A stretch of DNA of 64,000 bases from contig NC_042999.1 of assembly GCF_006345805.1 (NCBI RefSeq), positions 127,658,001 to 127,722,000 on the forward strand, read 5' to 3'. The first letter of the stretch is position 1. The number at the start of each line of letters is the position of its first letter. Of the stretch, positions 1 through 13,230 are shown piece after piece. The stretch comes from Octopus sinensis. Lineage: Eukaryota. Below the pieces are notes generated by a model. That model was given only the letters and a program-made list of their open reading frames with translations, was not told where the DNA came from and made no database searches. Position numbers and translations under genes: made by a program.

Positions 1-2063
1 TGATGCCCTAGATACAAATAACTACAGAGGTATCAAGCTGTTGGACCAGGTGATGAAGGTTACGGAGAGGGTCATAGCCCAACTAATTAGAGAGAGAGTT
101 AGTTTAGATGAGATGCAGTTTGGGTTTGTGCCAGGGAAAAGTACTACTGATGCTATATTCCTGGTAAGGCAGCTGCAGGAGAAATACCTAGCCAAAGATA
201 AGCCCCTGTACCTGGCTTTTGTTGACATGGAGAAAGCCTTCGACAGGGTCCCCCGATCCCTTATCTGGTGGGCAATGAGAAAACTAGGGATAGATGAATG
301 GTTAGTGAGAGCTGTGCGGGCCATGTATAGGGACGCCGCTAGAAGGGTGAGGGTTGGAAATGAGTACAGTGAAGAATTCCGGGTAGAGGTAGGGGTCCAC
401 CAAGGCTCAGTACTCAGCCCCCTCCTATTTATCATAGTCCTCCAGGCAATAACGGAGGAATTCAAGACAGGATGCCCTTGGGAGCTCCTCTATGCTGATG
501 ACCTTGCTCTAATTGCTGAGTCGCTATCAGAACTGGAGGAGAAGTTTCAGGTGTGGAAACAAGGATTAGAATCGAAGGGCCTCAGAGTCAATCTAGCTAA
601 AACCAAAGTCGTAATCAGTAGGAAGGTAGACAAATCACAAACGCCTTCAGGTAGATGGCCCTGCTCGATCTGTAGAAAAGGTGTAGGTAGAAACTCTATA
701 AGATGCACCAAGTGTAAGCTATGGACACATAAGAGATGCAGCAATGTCAAAGGAAGGCTAACTAGGAAGATGGTTTTTGTATGTGGCAGATGCTCAGGAA
801 CAATAAACACTGAAAATGCTCTGAGACCAACTTCCGTCACTTTCCAGGGAGAAAAACTAGAAATAGTTGATAGTTTCCGTTACCTAGGTGACCAAGTCAG
901 CAGCGGGGGCGGGTGTGCTGAAAGTGTAACTGCTAGAGTAAGAATAGCTTGGGCAAAGTTCAGAGAGCTCTTACCTCTGCTGGTGACAAAAGGCCTCTCG
1001 CACAGAGTGAAAGGCAGACTGTATGATGCGTGTGTACGAACAGCCATGCTACAGTGAAACATGGGCCGTGACTGCAGTGAAACATGGGCCGTGACTGCTG
1101 AGGATATGCGTAAGCTCGCTAGAAATGAAGCCAGTATGCTCCGATGGATGTGTAATGCCGGTACTCACACTCGGCAGAGTGTAAGTACCTTGAGAGAAAA
1201 GCTGGACCTAAGAAGCATCAGTTGTGGTGTGCAAGAGAGACATTTGCGCTGGTATGGTCATGTGGCGAGAATGGATGAAGATAGTTGTGTGAAAAAGTGC
1301 CACACCCTAGCGGTTGAGGGAACCTGTGGAAGAGGCAGACCCAGGAAAACCTGGGACGAGGTGGTGAAGCACGACCTTCGAACTTTAGGTCTCACTGAGG
1401 AAATGACTAGAGACCGAGACCTCTGGAAGTGTGCTGTGCGCGAGAAGACCCGGCAGGACAAGTGAGTCCACAACCCGTGGCCTTCTACATGGGATGGAGC
1501 CAGCCTACGTATGCATACCTTCCCTTCTTGGGACACAAAACTCTACTTGTGAAGACGTGTTGAGGCAAGTGAGGATCAGAATCGAAATCGATCAATGGAA
1601 ATTGCGGATGTGCTACCAGTGCCGGTGGCATGTCGAAACTCTGCTTGTGAAGACCCATTGAGGCAAGTGAGGATCAGAATCGAAATCGATCAATGGAAAT
1701 TGCAGATGTGTTACCAGTGCCGGTGGCATGTAAGAGAACTTTCCGTTTTGCGACCGTTGCCAGCACCGCCCTGTTTCGTGTCCATTGCCAGCCTCGCCTG
1801 GCCCTCGTGCCGGTGGCACATAAAAAGCACCATCCGTTCGTGGCCGTTTGCCAGCTCTGTCTAGCACCAGTGCGGGTGGCACGTAAAAAGCACCCACTAC
1901 ACTCACGGAGTGGTTGGCGTTAGGAAGGGCATCCAGCCGTAGAAACACTGCCAGATTTGACTGGGCCTGATGAAGCCTTCTGGCTTCACAGACCCCAGTA
2001 GAACCGTCCAACCCATGCTAGCATGGAAAACGAATGCTAAATGATGATGATGATGATGATGAT
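1..2063 (+). mobile_element. RTE-clade LINE retrotransposon, 3' portion (RT, PHD finger, C-terminus, 3' UTR, (ATG)n tail); continues left of the window
   Basis: One frame from nt 2 (DALDTNNYRGIKLL) carries QFGF, AFVDMEKAFDRV, GVHQGSVLSPLLF, YADD (491-502), YLG, and the RTE-type C-terminal motifs LRWYGHV and GRPRKTW. The 3' UTR ends in (ATG)7 at 2041-2061. Confidence 0.95.
2..1465 (+). pseudogene. RTE reverse transcriptase ORF interrupted by one in-frame TGA at 1055-1057
   Basis: ORFs 41..1057 and 1061..1465 share a frame. The stop lies in the first copy of a 23-bp tandem duplication (1052-1074 / 1075-1097). Confidence 0.9.
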
Positions 2064-2468
2064 ATTGATGTATGATTGAAGTTGAATGAGTTTCTGCAGC
2101 AATTCTTTAGCTTCTTTAACCCTCAGTCAGCTGCTAATGTAGCAGTTCATTACCAAACACAGTATTCAAAGCATATTGTTTATATCAGACTACATTCATC
2201 AACTCTAAACTTATTATAAATATCTTTATCACTTGCAAACATAATCATTGTTGTTTTGTGTATCTGAACATGTAAGGCACTCTGTGTTTTGTGCTTGAGA
2301 TGTTCTCTTGATGTTGCACTGTAAGGTTAATATAAATGGTGACCTGAGGAATTTCCGATGATTTTTTTTTTTTTTTTAATATCAGATGGATTAATATATA
2401 AACTTTCCTCATCTAAAAGAAAAACATTAGGATTATAAAACTTAATACTGAAATATAAGTAAATACAT

Positions 2469-2504
<36 letters not shown>

Positions 2505-2844
2505 TTCCAGTGTATATATGCACATACAAGTACACTAGGCTTAGTTTCTTTTCAAAAATTCTTTGCCTTTTAATTCTGTATCATAAAGTTCTACTAGAAA
2601 TTAAACCTCTTACTGCTTACTATTATAGCACAAGTTTTTTTTTTTTTTTATGCTATGCAGAAAACAAAACTTGTTGCAAAATGTAGGCAACTCCTCTTTA
2701 AAAATAAAAGTAAAATAATCAACTTTTTTATTACTTTTCCTTGTGAAATTATTCAAAAGGTCACCTGCATATACTTCTAATTGTTGCTGTTGTTATTAGA
2801 ATGAGTTTCAGAAATAGTAGGGTGTTAGATAGAATGGGGGTGGG

Positions 2845-3370
2845 GAGGGAGCTTGTATTCCCTGTACATTCTGAGTTCAATTTCCACAAGGTATGACTGG
2901 ATGATTTAATCGATTGCCTCTCCCCCTCCTCCTCACTAAAATCTGTGGCCTTCTGCCAAAGTTAGAAACCATTTATATCATTGTTGCTGATGTTGTTGAC
3001 AATAGAAGGAATAGTAGCACATTGGTCTAAATCACTAAGGTCAACTTAGCTTTTAGTCTGTCTGTGGTTGATTATAGAAGCACCTGTTGTGTACTGGATA
3101 AATTCTATTGACTTTACCTATAAACTACATATTTATGGCCATGTGCTGATAATTGAAATCATTATTATGGATTTCTGAGATACAATTCTAGACATTTTTA
3201 TGCTGACAATAATTGATTAAATCAATTCCAATACTTGAGAGGTACTTATTCCATTGCCCCTGGAAGGATGAACGGCATAGTTAGCCGAATTTGAACTAAG
3301 AATGTAAATGTGAACAATTGAATACAGACTGCCATCTACCAATCATACCAAACCAATGGATTTAGCAGGA
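2845..3370. mobile_element. Cluster of degenerate tRNA-head SINE family A copies (two +, one -)
   Basis: Matches to the window-wide motif GAGTTCAAATTCC..AAGGTCAACTTTGCCTTTCATCC..GATAAAATAAGTAC and its reverse complement. Confidence 0.65.
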
Positions 3371-4469
3371 ATTGGTTATTGAATTAAATACTGTAGATTA
3401 TATGATTTAATGTTACATACTCTTTAACTAGTTTCTGCTCAGAAGCTGCAGCCATGCTAGGGCACCACCACATACTCAAAGTTTCAAATTCTTTCAGAAG
3501 TGATTTTATCTCTCCTGTCTTTAGAGTAATTTAAATAAGTAGCATTATATTACTTCCGAGTTCAAATTCTACTGAGGTTGGCTGATAAAATGAACAGTAC
3601 TCAAATACTGAGGTCAGTATTATAATCGATTTTTCGCTTCATTAAAAATGTATGGTGTTTAGCTTTGGTTAGACATTAATGCAGAGTAATTTGCAATCTT
3701 TTATTCTGAGAACACCCAAATTTTTTAAGTGAGGGAAATGCCACAAATGGAAAATTCCAGAAAGCATTTGAAAGATTCATGTGTGATGTACAGCTGTTGC
3801 AATCCTTATGTTGTGCTCTCAGATGTTGGGAGTGACTAAACCTGCCCTTGTATCATTACCTGTACTAGTATGTGTGCTCATAATTACTTATAATTTTTAT
3901 AAATCTAATGTATAGCACATAACATTTATATAATACAAAAGTTATCCCATTTTATAGATGCAAATATACATCAACATTCCAAAATCTCGAAAAATCTGAA
4001 ATCCAAAATACTTCTAGTCTTGAACATTTCAGTTAAATGATTATCTACTATAAACAAAGTTAAAAACAGAGATCAATACATTTAGTTATAACTCCATGCA
4101 TACATACAATTTAAAAATACTTTTTCAGCCCTTCAACATATGTTGGAAAACATCCTATTACTGAATTTCAGTCACTGGAGCTAGAGAAAAGGCCTCAGCT
4201 TCTTTGAAGAGATATCTATATCACAGGCATGAATGTCACCTATTGTTGTTTCCTCTCTTTTACAAGTCTCAGGCTTAAGTAAGACAACAGTTAATTTATG
4301 TGAAAATGGATATCTGATCTAGTACAGCAATGTTGTAAGTTAGACTTATTATTCCAGCTGTTACAATGTGACACACCAGGAAATTTTATGTGTGATTAAT
4401 TGGATTATTGATAGCAATGATAATGGAGACAATTATTTAAAGTTACATCTTACATCAATTAAAATCATA

Positions 4470-4810
4470 CGTATATTGAGCTGACTAGGAAAGCTTCTAC
4501 ACAATTACTCTACTTATTGGAAATAGCCAAATCTCTCTGCAAACCCTACTGTCTTAAAAATGGAAATACACATTAGACAATATATATGATATACATATAC
4601 AATTTTGTCATAACTGGGACAATTTTCATCATAGATCTATCTGTTTGAATGGGGTACAGCCTGGGTTTAGTGTAGTCACACACTCTGTATGAAATAGTAG
4701 CTAAATCTCTTATATCACACTCTGCCTCCTTAAACTTAAAAGGACACATTGTATAAATGCATAAAATATTGATGTGGCCATAGCTGACCTGGTGCTAAAC
4801 AAGAAGTATA
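4470..4810 (+). mobile_element. Family D interspersed repeat (SINE-like), two degenerate partial copies
   Basis: GAAATAGC..AAATCTC..CACACCCT..CTTAAAAA...GACCTGG..CTAAAC motif, also at ~6840-7010(+), ~7835-8060(-), ~29480-29715(+), ~43300-43560(-), ~55340-55530(-), ~60200-60400(+). Confidence 0.6.
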
Positions 4811-5099
4811 TGTTAATACATCCTCCTGTAGAGCTAAAGAAGCTCATTGGCTAAGCTATTGGATTACCATCTCAGGAGAAGGAATTCATATTTTCTATTA
4901 GAAATTTTTGTCTCTAAAAAGAGACAATTTTATGGGCCTCTCAGTTTGCCTATTTCTGCAGTATCAGATTTAACGAAAATGTTACATGGATATTTGTATA
5001 AATAAAAACCCTTTTTAAGCTGGTTTATTATTACAGAGATAGATATGTTTATCAGTTTGTTTCAAATGTTTTCTTGCATTCATATACATGCATTATAGG

Positions 5100-5600
5100 T
5101 AACAAATATGAGATATTAATGTCAGATAATGCTGACAGAAGCACTCCCTTCAGACACCATCTGAAAGCTGTCACCCTTTTACATACATGGCCTTGAGGAA
5201 TGAGCAGAAGATATTGGTTTTTATGTTGATGCCTTAAAGACTAATTGCGTTTGTTATGATGCAGAGGGTTCAATACGTCCAATAAAGCAAAACCCTATAA
5301 AATCTGTAGACTCCTTTGTATATTTAGGTATTAACATTGCATCCATAGAACTGGGAGTAAAGACACAGACTATTCTTAATAGCCTCATGTGAAAGTCATA
5401 GCTGCTTGAGATCTTAAGAGAAGTTTTTATGCCACTGTAGAATCACTGCTATTCTACAGGTTTCATGTTTGGACACTCACCAAGCATTAGGCTGCAAAGC
5501 TTGGTGGTGCTTACACTCGTGTGTTATGTTCCATTCTGAATATCCCATGGAAAAGCATCCACCCAAACAAAGACCATATACCAATCTTCTTAGTCACTGA
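5100..5600 (+). pseudogene. Old decayed RTE-clade LINE fragment (RT C-terminal region), apparently a different subfamily from 1-2063
   Basis: DSFVYLG near 5310, and from 5419 RSFYATVESLLFYRFHVWTLTKH*AAKLGGAYTRVLCSILNIPWK, resembling the RTE motif FRATVESVLLYGSETWTLT...LDGCYTRMLR.LNISW. Confidence 0.7.
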
Positions 5601-5708
5601 TCTTTCTCTCTTTCTCTTGTGTGTGTAAATAGATAGATAGATTTATATATCTAGCATAAGAGAACTGAAACTTATATTGTGTTTATCTTCTTTCATGATA
5701 TCTTTGTG

Positions 5709-5712
<4 letters not shown>

Positions 5713-5780
<68 letters not shown>
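5713..5780. repeat. (TA)n microsatellite
   Basis: Pure TA run. Similar runs at ~8576-8628, ~39975-40035, ~44373-44403, ~59853-59895. Confidence 0.95.
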
Positions 5781-5783
<3 letters not shown>

Positions 5784-7008
5784 TATACACACACAAAAGT
5801 ATGTTTGTATGTGTATATAAATGCCCCTATTTATAAAAACAAGTATCTTATATTTGGAAATAATTTCTTATCTGTTAGTTATATTCCTCATCAATTACGT
5901 ACATACACACACATGCATGCTCATGTGTGCGTGTAGACATACATACAGACAAGAAAGTATTAAAAATAAAAACAAAAAAAAATAAAACACTTCTAAACCA
6001 CCCTTCTAGACATACAGCACTACCATTGTAAAAAGGCAGCAATGTATAACCATTCTTTCTAGATTCCTCTTATGTGTCTAGCATGGAGTCTATCTTCCTC
6101 AGGCTAATATTAAAAATTAAAAAATAAATACTGTTAGTAGTTTAAAGAATTTATATATGAAGACTTTTCTCTGGTTGTGAGAACAAAACTTTATTTTTTT
6201 TTAATGTTCCATGAAATTGCTACTACACAAGAACTAAGTGCTTTTTCAGTTTTATCTCCTGGAAGCTCATAATATGAGGAATAGAAGCAGTGTGGGGTGA
6301 AGAGAGTTTGGCAGGGAAATTATAGCATTTTTAAAATCATTTAAATTTCAAAATTCTGTTCTGTTAATTATTTTTTTGGCTCTTGCTTTATTTATGTATA
6401 CAACTGTAAACGATAGCAGGGTAAAACCTATATCCAAGACTTCTCTGTCTCACTCTTGCTTATTCATTCTCTCTCTTTTTCTCTCATTCTCATACATGTA
6501 CACACACTCCCTCTTTCCTTCTCTTTTCTCTCTTTTACATGCACACACTATTTCTTTCTCTCTCAATCTCACACACTCAACACACATACTATCATAATAT
6601 CATAACACACATAATATCATACACATACTTTCTCATGCACACTGCCAACATGCATACATATGCACATTTACACTCCATGCTTACTTACTCATGCATACAC
6701 ATGTACATGATTACTCATACATGCACACACACACACATTGATGCACATGTACAAACACACACACACAAATCAAACAAAGCTTTATAAAGTCAGACTGTTC
6801 TGACTGTCTGTAGTGTTGTCTCTCTTTTATGTATTTTTTTATTCTTGCTGTCACAGAGCTAGAAGCACCAAAAATAAATCTAGAAAGAATAGCTAGGACA
6901 CATTACACAATGTAGTTCTGGATACACTATGTCTGAACAAGAGATGTGTTGGTCATGGAAAGAATGCCTTTGATTGTCAGAACCAGTGTGTGGTTAAATT
7001 CCACCATC

Positions 7009-7044
<36 letters not shown>

Positions 7045-7174
7045 TGATAAGTGCCAATGCACAAAACTCTCGGGCCTTGAGTCACTCTGTTACTTCTGCT
7101 AAATATTAATAAAAAAAGTATACATATACTCATATTCTAAGTTCTATTTTTCCCTGTTTGCATCAACATATCCA

Positions 7175-7210
7175 TGTATGTATGTATGTATGTGTGTGTG
7201 TTTGTATATA

Positions 7211-7247
<37 letters not shown>

Positions 7248-7635
7248 GTGTGTATATATATAGGCATATGTGTATTATATATATATGTGTATTATATATA
7301 TATATGTGTATATATATAGGCATATGTGTATTATATATATATGTGTGTGTATATATAGGCATATGTGTATTATATATATATATATGTGTGTGTGTGTGTA
7401 TATAGGCATATGTGTATTATATATATATGTGTGTGTGTATATAGGCATATGTGTATTATATATATATGTATGCATGCATGTATGTGTGTGTGTGTGTATA
7501 TATATATGTGTGTGTATATATATTTGTATATGTATATATATGTGTATATATATGTGTATATATATGTATATATATGTGTGTCTATATATATATATATATG
7601 TGTGTGTGTACACACACACACACACACACACACGC
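7175..7635. repeat. Compound TA/TG/CA microsatellite with five copies of TAGGCATATGTGTATTATA
   Basis: Anchor copies start at 7261, 7317, 7356, 7403 and 7442; the sequence between them is TA/TG runs. Confidence 0.9.
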
Positions 7636-8571
7636 AAATGCACATTCACACAAACATGTGTATGTGGTTGAATTTACAAATAGGAAGAAAAGTACTCATT
7701 GCATATGAATATATATATATAGAGAGAGTATACTTATATTTATTCAACTGACTTCTTCAAAACACTTCTTTGACAGATTTAATTTATTTTTTATTTAATT
7801 CAGTTCTGAAATATATATATCTGTACTTAATGTGAATTGCTATTGCTTAATCCCAGGTCAGCACTGATTGGGTGGCTCTACACATGATTAAAGGCATTCC
7901 AGCTGTGACCATCCCATCTTTTTTCTTATATCCAGAAAATCCATGACCACAGTGTCTAACATGTCCTTTTCCCAGACAATAGGGTGGGATTTTGTTGGGT
8001 GATTTGACTGCTGGTACTGCAAGCAGCCATCAGGGCTGATTTACACTCTGTCTCTCTAACATCAGTAGAGCATCTCTGTTCTTTCTTTATAGGAGAGAAA
8101 GCAGTATTCATTTCTATATGAGCTATTAACATAGGCATGCATGCTTGCATGCATGCATACTCACTAACTCGCACACGTCATGTCCTACATATACACCTCA
8201 ATATAATGTGTATGCTAACAAGGAATTTCACATACATAGAATATACTGTGTACACACACACGTGCACGCACACACACAGACACACACTCGTGCATACAAA
8301 TTCCACTAGCTGTTTCTCACAGGCACTTAAAAGAATTTGCATGCATGCATACACACACGCAGTAGTTATTAGTGTAGTTATTAAAGACAGTATGAGAGAG
8401 AGTGAGTGAGAGAGAGAGAATTACGAGGAGGAGGTGTATGATAAAGGGTAGGTTAGTCAGTGCTTGCTTTTCAATCTCTCCATATAGTTATAGACCTGTC
8501 AGCACTACTGGGCTCTTTTTATGTAGCAGTTTTTGTCTATCACGCTCTATACCTATTATCTCTCTTCCTGG

Positions 8572-8642
<71 letters not shown>

Positions 8643-11591
8643 CACATATATATATATATAGGTTATTTTTCTTTGGAGTCTCTATCAATATTATCTTGTA
8701 CACATGGCTACTATATTAAGATATATTAATATTAATGGACAGGTGAGAACAACAACTTGTTTGTAATTTCTACTCAACAACACCCTGTAGCCTCATGCTG
8801 ACAGAGCTGATACTATATTAACTTTCTTTCTTAATTTGTTAAATTCCATTCTTTATTCTGGATCAACTGTTAATTCATTAATTTTCTCTGATCTGACTAT
8901 CTATTTTGCTGTTTTTGTCATGTTTTTTTTCTTCTTAAATTCTGCTCTACTTTTCCTTTCATTATTATTTACACGTCCTCCTCTCCCATTCTTTTTCCAT
9001 ATTTCAGTACATTTTTACCAATGGATCTTCAGTTAGGATTTTTTTTTTGCCTGTTGGTGCACAGATGCTTTTATCAAACCATGTAACAAAACTGCAACAC
9101 CCTACCATCAGTCTTTATTTATTTATTTATTTATTTATTTTTATGAAGCACCATGCAAGTAGCGAAATGGTTTTGGTGGGCGCTGCCATTAATAGAGAAA
9201 CACAAAGGGGAATGTTGAAATGCAAGTGCTTCTCATACACTGTCTTTTTGCGTCCAATTCATCAGAATAATGAAAGCTAACATGGAAAGAGCATTGATCT
9301 TTCATTTCCATTGTTATCAATCAATCCCCCTTTTTGTAGTCATTGATACGGACTCATTGTACTAATGAATGACTGACTGAATGAACATATATGCATGTGT
9401 GTGTGATGGGAGTTGCACATGTGGCAAACAAAGAAATCACACACACACACACATGTACTATGAATTTGCAACTCTGAGTAGTCGTTTTTATAATACCATA
9501 TAAATTGAACCATGTTTCTAATGGAAAAAATGAAAACAACGGCCTTGTAATTCAGGTTTTTGCATTGTATATAAACATGAGGTGATGACTTGCCATCAAT
9601 AACACGCACTCAAACGCACACACACACACACTCACAGGCGCACGCGCAGCAATAAAGTATATACAAATTCCATTATTCAGTAATAAAGGAATCTTGACAG
9701 GAATCATCATTATACTAATGATTTTTTTTCTCTATTATGAGTCTAATTTTAATTGATTAAACAAATTTTTTTTGTTTGCCAGCTTTCACTTAATGATACA
9801 CAAGTATTATTGATATATCCACCAGTAAGACTATGCAAATGCCATTGGTATAGCCAGTAACAATAGAATATTAAAAAAAAAAAGGAAAATGTACCATTAA
9901 TATCTAAGCATCTTTGAAATATATTTCTTACTTGAAAAATGTCAAGGTTTTTAAAAATTTCACATTTTTATACTCTTTCAAATTTATAGTTTCTTCAACT
10001 TTCATATATACACAAGTTTATACAAATATCCTAGATACTTCTCTACTATATTTCTAGATTATGTCTGTGTATAATGTGCATCAGTATTGTTTGTATGCGT
10101 ACGCCTTATGCATTTTTGTTCTACATACATTTTACTTCTATACTACTACTCTCTGTTTCCATCTCCCATACTTGAAAGATACCAAATAAACCATCTTTTC
10201 CATATTAAAATTAATTTGCCTTACTGTAAACTATATCATACATTTATATTTTATTTGAAGTGTTATCATCCACCTGAGTGTCTGCTGTCATATTTGAAAC
10301 CACAACACTTAGTTCAACTTGTAGCAGCTGTGTTAGCTTCTCCATTTAATGGCTGGTAGTTTTCACTATTGCCAAATATTTAATCAATTTCCTACTCTTC
10401 CCTGGTGAATGCTCAACAGTTTTAACTGATTCATTTGCAATCCATATTTTCTGCTTACTTGAAAGTGGCTGTCTGTCTATCAGTCATCTCTGTCTATATC
10501 CATATCAGTCTATTTACTCTCCATCATCTCTATCTATATCAATCTCCATACTCTCCATTTTCTTTGTCTCTCTTCACATTCCTCTGATTTCTCTCTCATT
10601 TGTCTTTCTCTTCTTCCAATGCTTCTTTCTCCACACTTGTCTCACTACTATCTTGCTTCTCTCCCCCTCTTCCTCATTTTCCTCTCCTTTTTTTTTCCTC
10701 TTTTATATTTTTCTTTCTTTTCAAACTCTTTACTTTTTATTCTTCTACTGGCCATGTTCTTTGATTCTTCCGTCAATCATTGACCAACCCCTGCAACTCT
10801 CACTCAAAGGATATCATTCTTTATTTGATCTGATAAGAAATCTGTAAAATCTGATTGAAGTCCAAATTTTCACAATGTTGTACCTTTGGGAGCAAAATTG
10901 GTTGCAGCAAATTGCATTCACCTTGTAAATAAACTTTTTTTTTTTTTCTGTCAGTGTAGTAAATGTACTAATTTTGGAAATCTGTGGACATTTTACTCTG
11001 GAGATTAAATACAGGTACAACAATGATTTCCCCAAATCTTTGGTTCCAGAATCTTTCACTTTAGTCAACACACTCTATATTAAACAAATATTAGCTTTAC
11101 TCAAATAATTTAATAAAATACAAGTATCTGTACATTAGTGTAAATGATACAACTTTATTATACTCCACTGTACAAGAAACTGTGAAACAGGGCTGCCCAG
11201 TAAACAAGTTTGATGACTGCAGGAGTTTGCAATTGCTGCTCATAAATTAGTGCAGATTATAAAAGGTTCCAGACCATCAGTGTCTGGAAAGTTGATGTTG
11301 TACTCATATGAGAATAGTTGAAAAACCCAACCATCCTCTCAAAAATATATTTATGTGCATTGATTAATTTTTGATGAGACAATCAATAGAAGAGGGACAG
11401 GACAAAGTCAGTGTCATTTTGGTGATTTTTCTCGGCCGGAGAGGTTGCTGTTGTTTGTTAATGTTCAGTTTGAACATTTGTTGGTAATCAGTATTTTGAA
11501 GGTTGAGCAATGCCATCTTGGCTTGAAATACTTCTTACAACTACTACTGATGCTGATAATGATGATAATGATAATATTTAAGTAAATATGT

Positions 11592-11812
11592 TTAACCCTT
11601 AAGCATTCAGATTAATTACTCTTGTCAAATGTGTTGCTCATTTAGCCATATTGCTTTGAATTAATCATGTATTAGCTTGTAGTTTTGAGATTTCAATGAT
11701 GTGATTGTTTAACTTTAGAATGATCTTATAAGGTATATGTCAGGGTGGATCTGACCAGTTTTAACATGAAACAGAATATTTATCTGGATATGATCAGTTT
11801 AAATTATAAAGG
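11592..11812 (+). mobile_element. piggyBac-like MITE (TTAA-CCC ends), right end degraded
   Basis: Starts TTAACCCTTAAGCATTCAG and aligns along its length with the intact copy at 35404-35623. Confidence 0.7.
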
Positions 11813-12199
11813 ACCTTGAAATAGAGGCCTAAAAAATGTGGCATCTAAGAACAACTGTACCTGTGATCATTGAAGCTTTAGAGGCAGTACTAAAATGTAC
11901 TCTTAAATACTATGGCCAAATAATAGAAAATTCCAAGGCATCAGAATTACAAAAAATTGTTCACCTGAGTCTGTCCAGATCCTAAAGACAACATTATCAA
12001 ATTGAAATTATCAAATATTTCACAACTGAAATATTACGAATTTAACAGAATCTTAGTTTTCAGAATGTGTTCCCTTTTCCCTGCATTATGTCGTTGCTGA
12101 TAACACCCATAGTAAAACATCCAGCTTGCTGTAACTTGAGGTCTGTGGGTGAGACTTGGCGCAGTTCATATAAAACAAAGCAACAAAAATGTAAATGAT

Positions 12200-12925
12200 A
12201 ATATCAAAATTGTTGATCCAAGGCCAGCAATTTTAGGGGAGTTAATTGCTTATATCAACCCCAGTACTGGGCAACTACTTATTTTATCAACCCACCTTCG
12301 ATAAAAGGCAAAGTTGACCCTAGCAGTATTCGAACTCAGAATGTAAGGAACCAAAAGAATTGTCACTATGCATTTAGTCCAACATGCTAGTGATTCTTGT
12401 TTTTTGCCTCCTTAACAATAGAAATTATAATGATAAAATATGGTTTCTGGTTTAGATACAAGGCCAAGAGTTTCAAATGAAAATGACTAATCAATTCCAT
12501 CGTCCCCACTACTTGACTGGTACTTTATTTTATCAACCCTGAAAGTATGAACAGCAAGTATGAACTTAGAATGTAAAGTGTAAGGAATAAATATTGCAAA
12601 GCACTTTTTTTTACATTAAACGATCCTGCCAGTTCACTGACTTACTATCATTGCTGCTGCTGCTGCTACTACTACTACTACTACGACTACTACTACAAAT
12701 GATAATGATGTTGATAATAGTAATGGTTTCAAATTTAGGCAAAAGATCAGCAAAAGAAGGGAAGGGGTTAATCAAGAACCATAAACTTCAGTACTTTACT
12801 AGTTCTTTTTAGGCCCCATAAGGATCAAAGGTACAATTGACCTCCACTGGATTTGAACTCAGAATGTACTAGAGATACAGCAAAACAATTTTTTCTTATG
12901 CTCTAACAATTCTGCCAATACACAG
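12200..12925 (-). mobile_element. Three consecutive SINE family A copies
   Basis: Three repeats of CAAGGCCA..GTACTT..TTTTATC..GGCAAAGTTGACC..ATTTGAACTCAGAATGT (reverse B-box), separated by (CTA)/(ATG) runs. Confidence 0.75.
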
Positions 12926-13230
12926 TCTTATTGCAACTACTACTACTACTACTACTACAACTACGAATGATGATGATGATGACTAGTAGGACATTCAAAA
13001 ATTTCACATTTTATATAAATATTCTTATTTCTGTTATTGATGTATGAATTTATAGCCCTTTATAACATTGCTTCATGATGTTAAGGACTTCGAATGTGTC
13101 TTAATTTCATTCCATAGTTAGATCTGTTTAAAGTGTAACATTGGACACATATTCCAACAAACAGACTACCATTATTGGTTAGTTTTTGCTATGATTCTTC
13201 TCTTCAGCTGGAATAGGTTGATTGGCTTTA

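Noticed and set aside
1967-1991. CTGATGA followed by a hairpin, resembling a hammerhead core
   Set aside because: No GAAA follows the stem. The bases belong to the longer RTE 3' UTR stem-loop (1960-1999).
7261-7460. Five 19-bp direct repeats at CRISPR-like spacing
   Set aside because: The spacers are TA/TG microsatellite rather than unique sequence, the context is eukaryotic, and there are no cas genes.
10955-11014. Possible upstream 60-nt exon (poly-T..CAG acceptor, CAG|GTACAA donor), open in the frame needed to join 16525
   Set aside because: The donor is weak, there is no in-frame ATG or recognisable protein similarity, and an open 19-codon frame is plausible by chance. Needs RNA-seq.
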